Positions 20,001-28,163 of a DNA stretch of 64,000 nucleotides are shown here, piece by piece. Origin of the DNA: Patescibacteria group bacterium (GTDB lineage Bacteria; Acidobacteriota; Aminicenantia; UBA2199); NCBI GenBank assembly GCA_035528155.1, contig DATKZA010000014.1, forward strand, positions 419 to 64,418, given 5' to 3'. A program made the translations under genes and the position numbers. Under the pieces are notes generated by a model, which worked only from the letters and a program-made list of their open reading frames with translations, ran no database searches and was not told where the DNA came from. The first letter of the stretch is position 1, and every line of letters begins with the position of its first letter.

Positions 20001-20569
20001 CGGGTAAAAACGTAAACGTGCTGGTGCTGGATACCGAAGTCTATTCCAACACCGGCGGCCAGGCGTCCAAAGCCACGCCGCTGTCGGCGGTGGCCCAGTT
20101 CGCTTCGGCCGGCAAGCGCACCGGCAAGAAGGACCTGGGGCTGATGTTCATGAGCTACGGCTACGTGTACGTGGCCTCGGTGGCCCTGGGCGCCAACATG
20201 AACCAGGTGGTCAAGGCCTTCCTGGAGGCCGAGGCCTACCCCGGGCCTTCCATCGTCATCGCCTATTCCCCCTGCATCATGCACGGCATCGACATGGGTT
20301 TCTCCAGCGCGGAAGCCAAGAAAGCCGTGCAGTCGGGCTACTGGCCGCTCTACCGCTACAACCCGGCGCTGGGCGCCGAGGGCAAGAACCCCTTCGTCTA
20401 CGAGAGCAAGGACCCGACCGTCGGCATGCAGGACTTCCTGGCCAAGGAGATCCGCTTTGCCACCCTCAAGCTGCAGTTCCCGGATATCGCCGACCGCCTG
20501 TACGAGCAGGCCGTGGCTTTCAAAAAAAACAAGCACGACTACTACAAAAAGCTGAGCGAATTGAAATAA
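17036..20569 (+). CDS. nifJ: Pyruvate:ferredoxin (flavodoxin) oxidoreductase, single-polypeptide type
   Basis: 1177 aa. [34 protein letters not shown]. Two ferredoxin-type clusters, [13 protein letters not shown] and [12 protein letters not shown]. TPP motif [16 protein letters not shown]. Confidence 0.93.
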   Translation: [1177 protein letters not shown]

Positions 20570-20597
20570 AAACTTCCGACGGATCGGGGAGAGTATC

Positions 20598-21218
20598 ATG
20601 GCCGTGGAAATTCAAAAGATCGACCTGGACCATCCCCACAAGCGGCTGCTGCAGCATGCCGCCAGCATCCTGAAAAACGGCGGCCTGATCGTGTATCCGA
20701 CCGACACGATCTACGGTCTCGGGGCCGACCTGTTCAACAAGGGTGCCATAGAGCGGATCTTCGAACTGAAAAAGACTTCCCGGCAGAAGCTGCTCAGTTT
20801 TATCTGCCCCGATCTGGCCTCGATCGCGGACTGGGCTTACCTGCCCACCAGCGCCTACCGTGTCCTGCGCCGCGTTACGCCGGGCAAGTACACCTTTGTC
20901 CTGCGCGCCAGCAAAGAGGTTCCCAAAATACTCCTGCAAAAACGGACCACGGTGGGGGTGCGCATCCCTGATTCGGCCGTGGCCCTGGGACTGGTCCGCG
21001 AACTCGGCCGGCCGCTGCTTTCCACCTCGGTGCCTCAAGGCGAAGACGATTATTATACCGATCCCCTGCGCATCGCCGAAACCTTTCGCCATGACATCGA
21101 CCTGATCCTCGATGCCGGCATCCTGGCCAACTTGCCTTCGACCATCGTGGACCTGAGCGGGCCTGCTGCGGCGATCCTCCGCCTCGGGGCCGGTGCCAGT
21201 GAGCCGTTCGGGTTGTAA
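20598..21218 (+). CDS. tsaC: L-threonylcarbamoyladenylate synthase (YrdC/TsaC family)
   Basis: 206 aa with GGLIVYPTDTIYGLGAD, KGRxxxxPL-like KKTSRQKLLSFI, and VGVRIPD...LSTSVP. Confidence 0.85.
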   Translation: MAVEIQKIDLDHPHKRLLQHAASILKNGGLIVYPTDTIYGLGADLFNKGAIERIFELKKTSRQKLLSFICPDLASIADWAYLPTSAYRVLRRVTPGKYTFVLRASKEVPKILLQKRTTVGVRIPDSAVALGLVRELGRPLLSTSVPQGEDDYYTDPLRIAETFRHDIDLILDAGILANLPSTIVDLSGPAAAILRLGAGASEPFGL

Positions 21219-21286
21219 TTCCTGCGCAGACCGATGCGCTGGATTGCATTTCATTTGCAACCGGTATAAAATCAAACGGAGTGAAA

Positions 21287-21826
21287 ATGACAAAAGCCAA
21301 TATTATTACCATTGTCCGCATCGTCATGGTCCCTTTTGTCTTGGTCATCCTGCTGACCGAAATGCAGAACAAGGAGATTATCGCTTTCGTGATCTTTGTC
21401 ATTGCCGCCGTCACCGATGCGCTAGACGGCTATCTCGCCAGGAAGCTCAACGAAGTCAGCGACCTGGGCAAGTTCCTCGATCCTTTGGCCGACAAGCTCC
21501 TGGTTACCGCGGCGCTGATCGCCCTGGTTTACCTGCAGGAAGTGGAAACCTGGGTGGCCGCGATCATCATCCTGCGCGAATTGTTCATCTCGTTCTTCCG
21601 TTTTTATTTTTTAATCAACAACGCCTCCTTTGCGGCCTCCGTCCCCGCCAAACTGAAAACCACGTTCCAGATCGTGGCCCTGGCCATTCTGATCATCTGC
21701 CGCAAGCTTCCTTTTGGCGAGCATTTACATGAATTGGGGACCGTCGTTCTTTATGTCGCGGTTTTGCTGACTGTGTACAGTGGTGCCGAATACGTCATCC
21801 GCTTCAGCCGCTCTGCTAAAGAATAG
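21287..21826 (+). CDS. pgsA: CDP-diacylglycerol--glycerol-3-phosphate 3-phosphatidyltransferase
   Basis: CDP-alcohol phosphatidyltransferase motif DALDGYLARKLNEVSDLGKFLDPLADK. I prefer the ATG at 21287 (GGAG 6 nt upstream) over the GTG at 21281. Confidence 0.85.
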   Translation: MTKANIITIVRIVMVPFVLVILLTEMQNKEIIAFVIFVIAAVTDALDGYLARKLNEVSDLGKFLDPLADKLLVTAALIALVYLQEVETWVAAIIILRELFISFFRFYFLINNASFAASVPAKLKTTFQIVALAILIICRKLPFGEHLHELGTVVLYVAVLLTVYSGAEYVIRFSRSAKE

Positions 21827-21828
21827 CC

Positions 21829-22782
21829 ATGCCCTATCCGAAGTACCGGCCGCTGAACAGGAAAAAGCTGAAAACCATTTCCATCACCGAGCGCCGCTCA
21901 CTGGTCCATTTGGAAGATTTCTCCCGGCCCTATCTCCCCGGCGCCGACTTCACATCGTTCATCGATTCTTTGCCTCCGTATCTCGCCGCCAAAGACCTGC
22001 GCGAGTTATCCGACCTGCTGGGCAAGGCCCGCAACAAAAGCAAACCCATCATCTGGGGTATGGGCGCCCATTTGGTCAAACTGGGCCTAGGCCCGCTGGT
22101 CATCGACCTGATGCAGCGCGGCTGGATCTCAGCCATCGCCACCAACGGCGCCATGATGATCCATGATTTTGAGATCGCCCTGGCCGGCCACACCTCTGAG
22201 GATGTCGCCGAAAACCTTCTCCAGGGGAATTACGGCAATACCGAGGAAACCGGGTTGTTTTTAAATCTGGCTCTCAAGGAGGGTTTGACCAAGAATATGG
22301 GGGCCGGGGAGGCGGTGGGTTACTACCTGATCCAGGCCAAATTGCCGCACCTGGAACAGAGTATTCTTTTCAACGCCTACAAGCTGAACATCCCGGTCAC
22401 CATCCACCCGGCCATCGGCACCGACTTCATCCATTACCACCCGATGTTCTCCGGTGAGATCACCGGGGCGCTGGCTGAAAAGGATTTTTATCTGCTGGCC
22501 TCCATTGTTTCCGAATTGAGCCAGGGCGGAGTATTTTTGAATATCGGTTCGGCGGTCATTCTGCCCGAAGTGTTTCTTAAAGCCGTTTCTTTCTGTTCCG
22601 CTCTAGGGATTTCCTTGGAAAAATTCCATACCGCTGTCTTCGATTTCAACCGGCATTACCGGCCTTTTGAGAATGTCTGCAAGCGGCCGGTAGCTCGGGG
22701 CGGCAAGGGATTCTATTTTGTCGGCCATCATGAGATCATGATCCCGCTGCTGGCAGCCATGATCCTGAGCAAGCAGACGTAG
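21829..22782 (+). CDS. Deoxyhypusine-synthase-like (DHS-like NAD-binding fold) protein
   Basis: 317 aa. GMGAHLVKLGLGPLVIDLMQRGWISAIATNGAMMIHDFEIALAG resembles the DHS family core. Recognised from memory only. Confidence 0.5.
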   Translation: MPYPKYRPLNRKKLKTISITERRSLVHLEDFSRPYLPGADFTSFIDSLPPYLAAKDLRELSDLLGKARNKSKPIIWGMGAHLVKLGLGPLVIDLMQRGWISAIATNGAMMIHDFEIALAGHTSEDVAENLLQGNYGNTEETGLFLNLALKEGLTKNMGAGEAVGYYLIQAKLPHLEQSILFNAYKLNIPVTIHPAIGTDFIHYHPMFSGEITGALAEKDFYLLASIVSELSQGGVFLNIGSAVILPEVFLKAVSFCSALGISLEKFHTAVFDFNRHYRPFENVCKRPVARGGKGFYFVGHHEIMIPLLAAMILSKQT

Positions 22783-22799
22783 ATTCCGACTCTCCGTCC

Positions 22800-24104
22800 A
22801 TGGAAATCCGCCACGATTTTTTCCCTCTTGCGGACAAACTGCGCCCGGAGCGCCTTGGCGAATTTGAAGGGCAGAACCACCTGACCGGACGCCAAAAGAT
22901 CGTTCAAGCCCTGGTGCAGAGCAAGAATCTCGCCTCCATGATCTTCTGGGGACCGCCGGGCACGGGCAAGACCACCCTGGCCCGCATCCTGGTCAGGGAA
23001 ACCGGCTACCCGGCCGCCGAGTTTTCGGCCACCGTCTCCGGAATCGCCGAGATCAAGAAAATCATGGAAAAATCCAAGGCTGCCCGCGCGGAGCGAGGCA
23101 AACCGCTGGTACTGTTCGTCGACGAGATCCATCATTTCAACCGCAGCGTCCAGGATGCATTTTTGCCGTACGTGGAGCGCGGCGATGTCATCCTGCTGGG
23201 GACCACAACCGAGAACCCGGCCTACAAGATCAACCGCGCCTTGCTTTCGCGCCTGAAGATCCTGGAATTGTTTCCTCTAAAAAATGAGCACCTGGCGCGC
23301 ATCCTGAATCGAGCCCTGGCCTTCCTCCATGAAAACGGCAGCGCCGATCTCCGTTTCACGCCCGAGGCCGAAGCCGTGCTCATCGGTTACAGCAACGGCG
23401 ACAGCCGCCGCTTGCTCAACCTGGTGGAGATTGTCTTCCAGACGGCGGACCACTCTGAAGCGGTGGGTGAAACATTCGTGCTCGATGTCATCCAGAACAA
23501 GGTGGCCGGCTATGACCGGAGCGGCGACGACCGCTACCAGTATATTTCCGCATTGCACAAGAGCGTGCGCAATTCCGACGTCGATGCCTCGCTGTTCTGG
23601 TTGTACCGCATGCTGGAAGGGGGCGAGGACCCGCTGTATATCCTGCGGCGCATGGTGCGCATGGCCGTCGAGGATGTCGGCCTGGCCGATCCCGATGCGC
23701 TGCGCCTCTGCCTGAACGCCAAGCAGGCCTACGAATTCCTCGGTTCTCCCGAAGGCGACCTGTTCCTGACCGAGGCGGCCGTCTACCTGGCCCTGGCCCC
23801 CAAAAGCAACGCCCTCTACGTGGCAGACAGCAAGATGAAGAAGATCTCCGAGAAATACAAGATGTTGCCCGTGCCCCTGCAGATCGTCAATCCCGACAAC
23901 TTTATCGCCGCCGGCAAAGGGGCCGGCAAGGATTACATTTACGCCCACGACCGCCCCGAAAAAACCTCGCTGCTCGAAACCCTGCCGGCGGGGATGAAGG
24001 AAAGGGGGTTCTATGAGCCCAACGATATGGGTTTTGAAAAGAACATCCGGCAGCGCCTGGCGTTCTGGCAGAAAATAAAAGACGAACTAAAGAAGAAGAA
24101 ATAA
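22800..24104 (+). CDS. rarA: Replication-associated recombination protein A (AAA+ ATPase)
   Basis: 434 aa with Walker A GPPGTGKTTLA, Walker B LFVDEIHHFN, and the MgsA C-terminal signature YISALHKSVRNSDVDASLFWL...GEDP. Confidence 0.9.
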   Translation: MEIRHDFFPLADKLRPERLGEFEGQNHLTGRQKIVQALVQSKNLASMIFWGPPGTGKTTLARILVRETGYPAAEFSATVSGIAEIKKIMEKSKAARAERGKPLVLFVDEIHHFNRSVQDAFLPYVERGDVILLGTTTENPAYKINRALLSRLKILELFPLKNEHLARILNRALAFLHENGSADLRFTPEAEAVLIGYSNGDSRRLLNLVEIVFQTADHSEAVGETFVLDVIQNKVAGYDRSGDDRYQYISALHKSVRNSDVDASLFWLYRMLEGGEDPLYILRRMVRMAVEDVGLADPDALRLCLNAKQAYEFLGSPEGDLFLTEAAVYLALAPKSNALYVADSKMKKISEKYKMLPVPLQIVNPDNFIAAGKGAGKDYIYAHDRPEKTSLLETLPAGMKERGFYEPNDMGFEKNIRQRLAFWQKIKDELKKKK

Positions 24105-24107
24105 GTT

Positions 24108-24400
24108 CTCGGTGTACGGTTGACGGTACACGGAAAAAAAAGACCAATTTCCAAGCACAAAATTCCATATAAGCACCAAGCACCAATGACCAAATGTCCC
24201 AAACGAAAAAAAGTGATAGTGCTGGTGGTAGTGATAGGAAGAAAATTATCGAAATCAATTGAATTTGAAAGAGCTTTTTGCTAACACTATCACTATCACT
24301 AACACTAACACTGATCTTTGTTTAAGATATTGGAACTTGGGATTTGTGATTTGGGATTTTACTCTTCCCGTCTACCGTCTGCCGTACACCGTCAACCGAG
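24108..24400. repeat. ~290-nt nested inverted repeat built from three different short-period (6-7 nt) tandem-unit families
   Basis: Outer arms are (xxxACGG)n at 24108-24133 against (CCGTxxx)n at 24368-24400. Middle arms are CCA-rich heptads at 24146-24203 against TTGGAACTTGGGATTTGTGATTTGGGATTTT at 24330-24360. Inner arms are (AGTGAT)n-like at 24212-24238 against (CTATCA/CTAACA)n at 24281-24313. Confidence 0.6.
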
Positions 24401-24443
24401 TGCTGATATTGTTTTTCGTTCTTTTTTGTGGTAAGTTTTGCAT

Positions 24444-24818
24444 ATGAACGTGCAAGTGACGCCGGCGGCTCTCGAGGAAATCGAGGTGCTACGGGCGACC
24501 GGCTACCGGGGGGCGGGATTTTTGCTGGGCACGACCATCGGCCGTTTTGTATTGATCGAGCAATTGCTGGCCGTCGATTTTGACCGTGTGAACGGCAGCA
24601 GCGTTTATGGAATAATCTGCAAAACATACCAACCCCGTCTGCAGGGTGTTTTCTTTTGCCGCAAACCGATGTTCGCCCTGGACTGGATTTTGCATGACCT
24701 GGTCATGGTTATAAAACGCGACCAGATTGAGATGCTCACCTGCGAATTTTCCGCTGCCAAGCACAAAGCCGTTCTGGCTCCTCTTATGGAGGACAAGGAG
24801 GGGGTATGGCCGATCTGA
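24444..24818 (+). CDS. Hypothetical protein (124 aa)
   Basis: ORF 24438..24818. The first ATG is at 24444. Its 3' end overlaps the AMMECR1 gene start by 13 nt and contains that gene's RBS. No family recognised. Confidence 0.45.
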   Translation: MNVQVTPAALEEIEVLRATGYRGAGFLLGTTIGRFVLIEQLLAVDFDRVNGSSVYGIICKTYQPRLQGVFFCRKPMFALDWILHDLVMVIKRDQIEMLTCEFSAAKHKAVLAPLMEDKEGVWPI

Positions 24819-25369
24819 CCGACCTGGAGAAAAAGGAGCTTTTGCGTCTGGCCCGGGGGACCATAAAAAAATTCCTGGCTAACGGGGAGCGCCAGAGCCC
24901 GCCCGAGGACCACCCTGCTTTTTCGGCGAAACGCGGGGTCTTTGTTACCCTGCACCGCCGCGGCGAGCTGCGCGGCTGCATCGGTTATCCCCTGCCTTAC
25001 AAGCCTCTGGGGGAAGCGGTCGTGGACAACGCCATCGCCGCCGCCAGCGAAGATCCCCGTTTTTCGACCGTCTCTGCGGATGAATTGCGGGAGATCGATA
25101 TCGAGATTTCGGTTTTGACCGTTCCCCAAAAAGTCGAAGGACCCGACCAGGTGCAGGTGGGCCGGGACGGCATCATCATCAGCAAGGGATTCCAGCGCGG
25201 CCTGCTGTTGCCCCAGGTACCGCTCGAGCAGGGTTGGGACCGGGAACAATATCTATCCTACGGCTGCCGCAAAGCCGGGTTGGCCGCGGACGAATGGAAA
25301 AGAGGCGTGCAGATCGAGGTTTTCCAGGCAACGGTTTTTGGAGAAAAGGCTATGGGGGTGGAACCATGA
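24806..25369 (+). CDS. AMMECR1-domain protein
   Basis: 187 aa. RGVFVTLHRRGELRGCIGYPLP and LLPQV are hallmark AMMECR1 motifs. Confidence 0.85.
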   Translation: MADLTDLEKKELLRLARGTIKKFLANGERQSPPEDHPAFSAKRGVFVTLHRRGELRGCIGYPLPYKPLGEAVVDNAIAAASEDPRFSTVSADELREIDIEISVLTVPQKVEGPDQVQVGRDGIIISKGFQRGLLLPQVPLEQGWDREQYLSYGCRKAGLAADEWKRGVQIEVFQATVFGEKAMGVEP

Positions 25370-25770
25370 GCGGCTATCGAACCATCGAGGTCAAGAGTAC
25401 GCAGAAAATCGAATTCATCGACATCACGCAGCAAGTCCGCGAGTTCGTGCGTGCGGCAAAGTGCCGGGAGGGCATGCTGCAGATCTTCAGCCCGCATACC
25501 ACGGCCGGCGTATCCATCAACGAGAACGCCGATCCTGACGTTCCCCGTGATATCGGTGAGTTTTTCAGGCACTTGCTGCCGGGGCAGGATTATTTCCGCC
25601 ACGCCGAGGGCAATTCGCCGGCACACATCCTTTCCAGCCTGGTGGGAGCGTCGGAAACCCTGGTCGTCCATAACGACGAGCCGCTCCTCGGCTCCTGGCA
25701 GGGGATCTTTTTCTGCGAGTTCGACGGCCCGCGCCAACGCCGAGTCTTCCTGAAGGTCATCCCCGGCTGA
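25366..25770 (+). CDS. yjbQ: YjbQ/UPF0047 family (secondary thiamine-phosphate synthase-like) protein
   Basis: MSGYRTIEVKSTQKIEFIDIT...SPHTTAGVSINENADPDV...GNSPAHI...G(S)WQGIFFCEFDGPR. I chose the internal ATG at 25366, which forms an ATGA overlap with the AMMECR1 stop. Confidence 0.85.
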   Translation: MSGYRTIEVKSTQKIEFIDITQQVREFVRAAKCREGMLQIFSPHTTAGVSINENADPDVPRDIGEFFRHLLPGQDYFRHAEGNSPAHILSSLVGASETLVVHNDEPLLGSWQGIFFCEFDGPRQRRVFLKVIPG

Positions 25771-25779
25771 GCCCGGACC

Positions 25780-26304
25780 ATGACCGAGCAAGCCGATCGC
25801 CATCCCCGCAGACGGCGCCGCTGGCCGTTCCTTTTTCTCCTGGCCCTGGCGGTAGTCTCGCTGCTGCTGCACGCCGCGAAATTACGCCGCCAAGGAGAGG
25901 TGCAGGGGCTCTGCGACCAAGAGGCCATGATGGCGGTCACCCGACCGGTGGAGAAGACCAAGGCCCAGCGCGCTCGTTTCTATCAGATCCGGTATTTTCT
26001 CGGCTATTCCATGGCCGCCTCGCATGCCACCGCCGACCTTGTGCGCCGCGTCAACGCCATCGTCGCCCCGCTGCGGCTGCTCGCCGTCCAGATTGACCCG
26101 GGCGTGCGCGATCTGGGCTTTGAGCTGGCGGTTGAGGTCGCCGGCGGCTCCAGGGAAGTGCGGCGGCGGCTCGCCGTTTTTCTTGAACGGCTGCGCAATA
26201 TCCACAACGTCACGCTGGCCGATCTTTCCAGGCCGGGTCCCACCGCCCGGGGCGGGGGAGTGCGCGTCTTCACCGTCAAAGGCCGGGCTGAGCTTCAACC
26301 GTGA
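25780..26304 (+). CDS. Hypothetical N-terminally membrane-anchored protein (174 aa)
   Basis: Arg-rich N-terminus followed by the TM helix WPFLFLLALAVVSLLLH. No family recognised. Confidence 0.45.
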   Translation: MTEQADRHPRRRRRWPFLFLLALAVVSLLLHAAKLRRQGEVQGLCDQEAMMAVTRPVEKTKAQRARFYQIRYFLGYSMAASHATADLVRRVNAIVAPLRLLAVQIDPGVRDLGFELAVEVAGGSREVRRRLAVFLERLRNIHNVTLADLSRPGPTARGGGVRVFTVKGRAELQP

Positions 26305-27149
26305 AAATGGGAAAACTGGCGTGCGTCCTGCTGCGGGTGCTGGCGGTGCTGGCCGTGCTGGCGGCTTTCGTGGCCCTGGACTGGTACCCCACGGTCAAGG
26401 AACTCGGCCTCCTGCGCCGCCAGCGGGGTGACCTGGAGCGGAAGATCGTGGAGTACGCCAGCATGGCCGCCAAGTTCAATTTCCCGGACCAGGCGGAGAG
26501 ATCGATTCTGGCAAACGCCAAGGCCGAATTGGATCGGGCGTTGCCGTTGGTTGAAAACGATGCGGCTTGGACGGCCATCGGTCTGGTGGATCTGCAGGCC
26601 CGAGCCAGGGAGGATCTCATTTCCCATGCCAGGTTTTTGTTCTACTGGCAAATCGATTCAACGAAACTCGGGACGGACGGTCCAGGGGGGAAGGATCCCC
26701 TGACCGGTTGGATCAGTCGGCAGTTTGTAAATATCCAGGACGGTTTCTCAATCGCTTTCGCTCCAGGCGGCTTTCCTTGGCACGAGGTTTTTTCCGGCTC
26801 GGAGTTCGGCCGCGGCCAATTGGCCAGTCGGCCGATGTGCATAATCGCCATGGCGCCGCTGCCGGCTCTGCTTGGCTTCATCAATCGCCTTTCCTGGGGC
26901 GAAGCCAGGTTGGAGATCGTCCGCCTGCGTCTGGAGCCCGGCATGCCACTTGCAAAAGCCTGGCTGGTCTGCCGTGGCAACTACCGGATAGCCGCTCCAT
27001 CCCCGTGGTTGGTTAAAACGGGGTATGGGAAGGGAGGCGAGAACCTGTTGGTCGACCCCGATTCGCCCCTGCTTTGGCAGAAGGTCGACCCGCTCCTGGC
27101 GCCTCGCGTTGAAAAAAAAGAGCTGCCGGCCGCCGGCAGCCCCTGGTAA
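26301..27149 (+). CDS. Hypothetical N-terminally membrane-anchored protein (282 aa)
   Basis: TM helix LACVLLRVLAVLAVLAAFVAL followed by a coiled-coil-like segment. Its start overlaps the previous gene's stop. No family recognised. Confidence 0.45.
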   Translation: MKMGKLACVLLRVLAVLAVLAAFVALDWYPTVKELGLLRRQRGDLERKIVEYASMAAKFNFPDQAERSILANAKAELDRALPLVENDAAWTAIGLVDLQARAREDLISHARFLFYWQIDSTKLGTDGPGGKDPLTGWISRQFVNIQDGFSIAFAPGGFPWHEVFSGSEFGRGQLASRPMCIIAMAPLPALLGFINRLSWGEARLEIVRLRLEPGMPLAKAWLVCRGNYRIAAPSPWLVKTGYGKGGENLLVDPDSPLLWQKVDPLLAPRVEKKELPAAGSPW

Positions 27150-27154
27150 ATGAC

Positions 27155-27607
27155 ATGCGCGTAGTGGTGCAAAGGGTTTCGCAAGCCAGCGTCGAAATTG
27201 ACGGCCGCACGGTCGGCCGCATTGGGACGGGACTCCTTTTGCTGGTCGGCATCGAAAAAGGGGACGGGGAAAAAGAGATTGAATTCATGGCCGATAAAAT
27301 TCTCAATTTGAGGATCTTTGCCGATGCCGACGGCAAGATGAACCTGAGCGTTCAGGAGATCAGGGGCGAGATCCTTTCTGTTTCACAGTTCACGCTGGCT
27401 TCCCGTATCAAAAAAGGGCGCCGGCCTGATTTTTCAGACGCCGAAGAGCCCGGCCGGGCCGAATTGCTGTATGAGCAGTTCAACCGCAAGCTGGCCGTCG
27501 TGGTGTCCGTAGCCACAGGGATTTTCGGGGCCATGATGGATATCCATTCGCTCAACCATGGCCCGGTGACCATCATATTAGAGAAAACCAAAGACGAACT
27601 TGGTTGA
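27155..27607 (+). CDS. dtd: D-aminoacyl-tRNA deacylase
   Basis: 150 aa. MRVVVQRVSQASVEIDG...GLLLLVGI...SQFTL...GRRP.F...A...FGA.M...L.N.GPVT, the classic Dtd pattern. Confidence 0.92.
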   Translation: MRVVVQRVSQASVEIDGRTVGRIGTGLLLLVGIEKGDGEKEIEFMADKILNLRIFADADGKMNLSVQEIRGEILSVSQFTLASRIKKGRRPDFSDAEEPGRAELLYEQFNRKLAVVVSVATGIFGAMMDIHSLNHGPVTIILEKTKDELG

Positions 27608-27708
27608 CGGTTTACGGTAGACGGCGTACGGCAACCGCAAGATGATGAACTAGATCATGCTATTGAATTTTGTGTTTGCCTTCTACCGTCTGCCGTCCGC
27701 CGTATGCC
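27603..27708. repeat. Inverted repeat of (xxxACGG)n / (CCGTxxx)n heptads, same family as 24108/24368
   Basis: Left arm GTTGACGGTTTACGGTAGACGGCGTACGGCA (27603-27633) contains the dtd stop codon. Right arm TTGCCTTCTACCGTCTGCCGTCCGCCGTATGC (27677-27708). The 14-nt string CTACCGTCTGCCGT is identical to 24373-24386. Confidence 0.55.
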
Positions 27709-27722
27709 TGGGAAAAGGCGAG

Positions 27723-27755
27723 CCCCCCCCATGTAGCGGGGGGGGTGTTTTTTTT
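27723..27755 (+). terminator. Rho-independent terminator after dtd
   Basis: An 8-nt C run, a 7-nt loop ATGTAGC, an 8-nt G run, then TGTTTTTTTT. Confidence 0.75.
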
Positions 27756-27798
27756 AGGTGGGAGTTATGATTATATAAAGGGGGGAGAGATGGAAAGG

Positions 27799-28053
27799 CT
27801 AATTGATGTCCGCATTTTTTGTTTTTTTATTTTCAGGTTTTTTCGCAGGAGCGCTTTTTTCCTCGCTGCCGCCGCTGTTTTTGTAGTCGGTAATATACCA
27901 GCCCTTGCCCTTGAACTGGAAAGAACTCAGTGAAATGATCTTTTTGGATTTGCCCCGGCAATAGATGCATTTGCTGATTGGTTCAGCCGTGATGCTCTGC
28001 AGGGCTTCAAAGGTCTTTCCGCATTTTGAGCATCTGTATTCATAAATCGGCAT
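27799..28053 (-). CDS. FmdB-family zinc-ribbon protein
   Basis: MPIYEYRCSKCGKTFEALQSI......CIYCRG is the family signature. The ATG at 28053 lies 8 nt after a GGAGG. Confidence 0.8.
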   Translation of the reverse strand: MPIYEYRCSKCGKTFEALQSITAEPISKCIYCRGKSKKIISLSSFQFKGKGWYITDYKNSGGSEEKSAPAKKPENKKTKNADIN

Positions 28054-28163
28054 ATCCATTTCCTCCGAATAATTTTTTATAGCATACTTGCTGTTGGCTG
28101 TCAATGAAAAAATCAAAGAATCTTTCTTGGAATTGCCAGCGTCTAAATTGTTGGCAAGGAGAA

